DNA of 64,000 nucleotides, from the NCBI GenBank assembly GCA_002633005.1, contig NMRA01000055.1:62001-126000 (forward strand). The letters run 5' to 3'. This DNA comes from Phoronis australis (Eukaryota; Animalia; Phoronida). The notes beneath the pieces were generated by a model. That model did not search any database, was not told the origin of the DNA, and saw only the letters and a program-made list of their open reading frames with translations. A program made the position numbers and the translations under genes. Of the stretch, positions 61,416 to 64,000 are shown in pieces; position 1 is the stretch's first letter, and every line of letters starts with the position of its first letter.

Positions 61416-63131
61416 TCTCAAGAATAGGTGAAAAAGTGCACGCACAAAATTTGCTAATAAACTTCAATGTTTAAAGTGTTAGCATTAATATTGTGACAAT
61501 CTTAGAAATTGTGAAATTGTTTTTTATTTTCTAAATTTCAAAGAAACCTCAAATCCCAGAAGCTAAGCAGGGCAATTACTTATTTTAGATTACTTACCTA
61601 AATGTGACATATTGTTGGGTAAGTTTAATTTGTTAAAAACAGCAAATGCTCAAAGATGACCAAATGCGACCTAAAACACTAGAGAAGATAACTGCATCTG
61701 TATGTTCTTTGTTTTTTATTCAGTCACTATACTTAACAAGTTTTCATTTTCCTTTCATACTCCAGTCAAAGTCAGTACAGCAAAATATTAAATGCAATTG
61801 CTTTAAAACAATAAAGGCAGTGTTACCTGCATGTTGTGTTAACAAGCACAATAAATATCAATACAAACCATACACAAATATATGATCCAGGTTTACCAAA
61901 TGTGCAAGTATTAGCATTTAAAGCAATTTGTACTTTTCCAAAATTTGAAATTATCTCATAATCAGGTGGTAGCTGCCAGTCTGTAGCTACAGTAAAATTT
62001 TGTGTATTTCGGACAAAAATAATTGCCAAAAATTACTCATTTTGATTTTTCAAGGACATTTAGCATTGTCGTTCAGCCGCTATGGTACGGACTTGGATAT
62101 GACTCGGGATTCTTGTGGTACTGCCACATTATTTATGAAAAAATAAGAAATTTAATTTCACTAGTGTCCTTATAATTATTATTGTTTTATGCTTCTAGGG
62201 TTATTGTTCACTTTAATCATACTAGCCCACCTACATGTTGAACTGCTAGGACAGTTTTCAAGGAATGCCTCTTGAAATACATTAATGTTTAATGCCTCTA
62301 GGGCTGTTGATTGTTTATTTAAATTATGCTAGCCCAGCCACATGTTGATCTGGTGGGACTGTTATCAAGGAAAGCATGTGGTTGTCAAGGTTACATGCCT
62401 GGGAAGTGACCTATAAGCTTTCATTTGAACCAAATTCAAACGGTTTTGGTACAGCCTAGACTCTACATGGATAACTGAAGAACTGTATGGATGTGAGTTT
62501 TGAATTTAAAATTGTATTTATATTGATGTGATTGTTAAGTAAAATTACTTAGACTTCATTCATGAATCAGTAGTTTTGGTCTTACAAACAAAAGGAAGTT
62601 GATTTTCTTACTGATTCAGCCAAATTGGAGGTTATAATGGTTAGGGAAAAGTACAGCACAGATTTCAAATGAGTTAACTGGGGTTGAGACCAGAATCAAC
62701 TAGTTTCCAAAACATTGTCAAGTTACATGTAACCAGTCCTTCAAAATAATCACTTAATTGAGACTGTAAAACTTAAGTTTGTGTCAATTTTCACATCGCT
62801 CTCTGACTGTTTGATTCACAATAGGAACAACAAATTTTTATTTTGGTTAAATGCATGGTAACTATTGGGCACAAAATAAGATTAGCATATTGTATATTTA
62901 ACTACTGGTAGGTGTTTTAACTGCCATCACCTTCAGTCATACGCATTCTCAGTCTGCACTCAAACTATTGAACACAAGTTTAACTGTCTGTTCATACATG
63001 AGCAGAAGAGCAAAAGTTCGACTTAAAACGTAATGGAGATTCTAATAATGCTATCACAAATGCCTTTTTGTGGAAAGTGAAATGGCATTCATATTTTAGG
63101 TTTGTGAATATTGAGTGACATAATGTACTTG

Positions 63132-63250
63132 ATGAAAGCCAGAGACACTGCAGAGGTTACGAGGCAACAAGTTTGAGTTGAAAACACCGGAACAAATGGC
63201 GTACACAGCATCTCAAGGTTGGGTCGAACAAACATGGATGAAAACACTAG
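63132..63250 (+). pseudogene. Possible CENP-B HTH (pogo transposase) fragment
   Basis: Reads MKARDTAE..YTASQGWVE, resembling the KA..A / FxASxGW pattern. Short and frameshifted. Confidence 0.25.
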
Positions 63251-64000
63251 CGATCATCCCATATGAACCCTATGGAACACCTCCGATTGCTGTAATGCAG
63301 ATTAGTCTGGAGTAGAATGTGTTTAGAACGTCCACTAGTATGGTAATAACTGGATATAACCTCTGTAGTTGTTCTTTTCAACACCATGGTAATATTGTAG
63401 AATAGAAAGGTATAATTTATGGTTGATGCCTTAGATAATGAATGATGTTATTGGATGATATCGCTATAGTCAAAATATTGCAAATTTCAACAAAGGCCTA
63501 CAAGTTTAATGATAGCCCTTTCAGTAGACTGATGTATCATGAAACCATATTGGGAAGCAAAAATAGTAATCGATGAAGTATTCGACAGTTTTCAAGTATT
63601 TTAGATGAACATGGGAAAAATAAATATGTTTATAATTGTTAAGAGTAATTTTTTTCAGTTGGCAAGTAATGAGGGAATTTAAAATAAAATGCTTAAATAT
63701 GCTCGACATGCTGTTCTAAGCATGCCTTTCCACGGGGGAAAGTCAGATTTCATGGTTTTCTCCACTGGCATTCGACATATTTTGCGCCATTTTCAATGCT
63801 AATAAACACCCCGTTGGCTGCATTTCAAGGCTTTTTGTTGCTGTTGTTAGTTTAGTCAAGTAAATAATATCGTTGTTGCAATTATTATAGATTTTGTCGT
63901 GCGTTAAGAATAAAATATCTCGGTATATTGTAATTAAAGCTTGGCATACATTCAAGTTGTTCTCTCAAGACACAATTTTGATTGTAATACAAGTATTATT

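Noticed and set aside
62255-62275. Right terminus of the Sola3-like element (aatgcctc|ttga; also gataatgcctc at 18710)
   Set aside because: Only 8-11-bp matches. The first sits in a local tandem duplication without the expected flank; the second is on the wrong side.

Overview
AT-rich, intron-containing metazoan DNA. The transposon families suggest a marine invertebrate, but the species cannot be determined from the sequence. Host genes: (1) the last five coding exons and 3' UTR of a ferric-chelate reductase 1 (FRRS1, cytochrome b561 domain) on +, 733-11969. (2) A two-exon melatonin-receptor-like (NRY-motif) class A GPCR on - (42287-42029, 41274-40499). (3) A second, open-frame, about 84%-identical copy of that GPCR's exon 2 only (21788-21076), with no exon 1 of its own visible. 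It is a candidate alternative last exon that would swap TM3-TM7, or else a partial duplicate. The rest is mostly nested, decayed mobile DNA: Helentron-type HINEs with higher-order repeats, a Gypsy end with its LTR, a HERO-like RLE non-LTR element, an RTE fragment, an intron-containing ISL2EU-like element (THAP + SWIM/YqaJ) holding a nested Kolobok (THAP + KolX), a Kolobok built from two 5' ends, Sola3-like fragments, several MITEs, and two copies of a decayed Polinton/Maverick-type protein-primed DNA polymerase B in a local duplication. All family calls come from motif recognition by eye; no searches were run.
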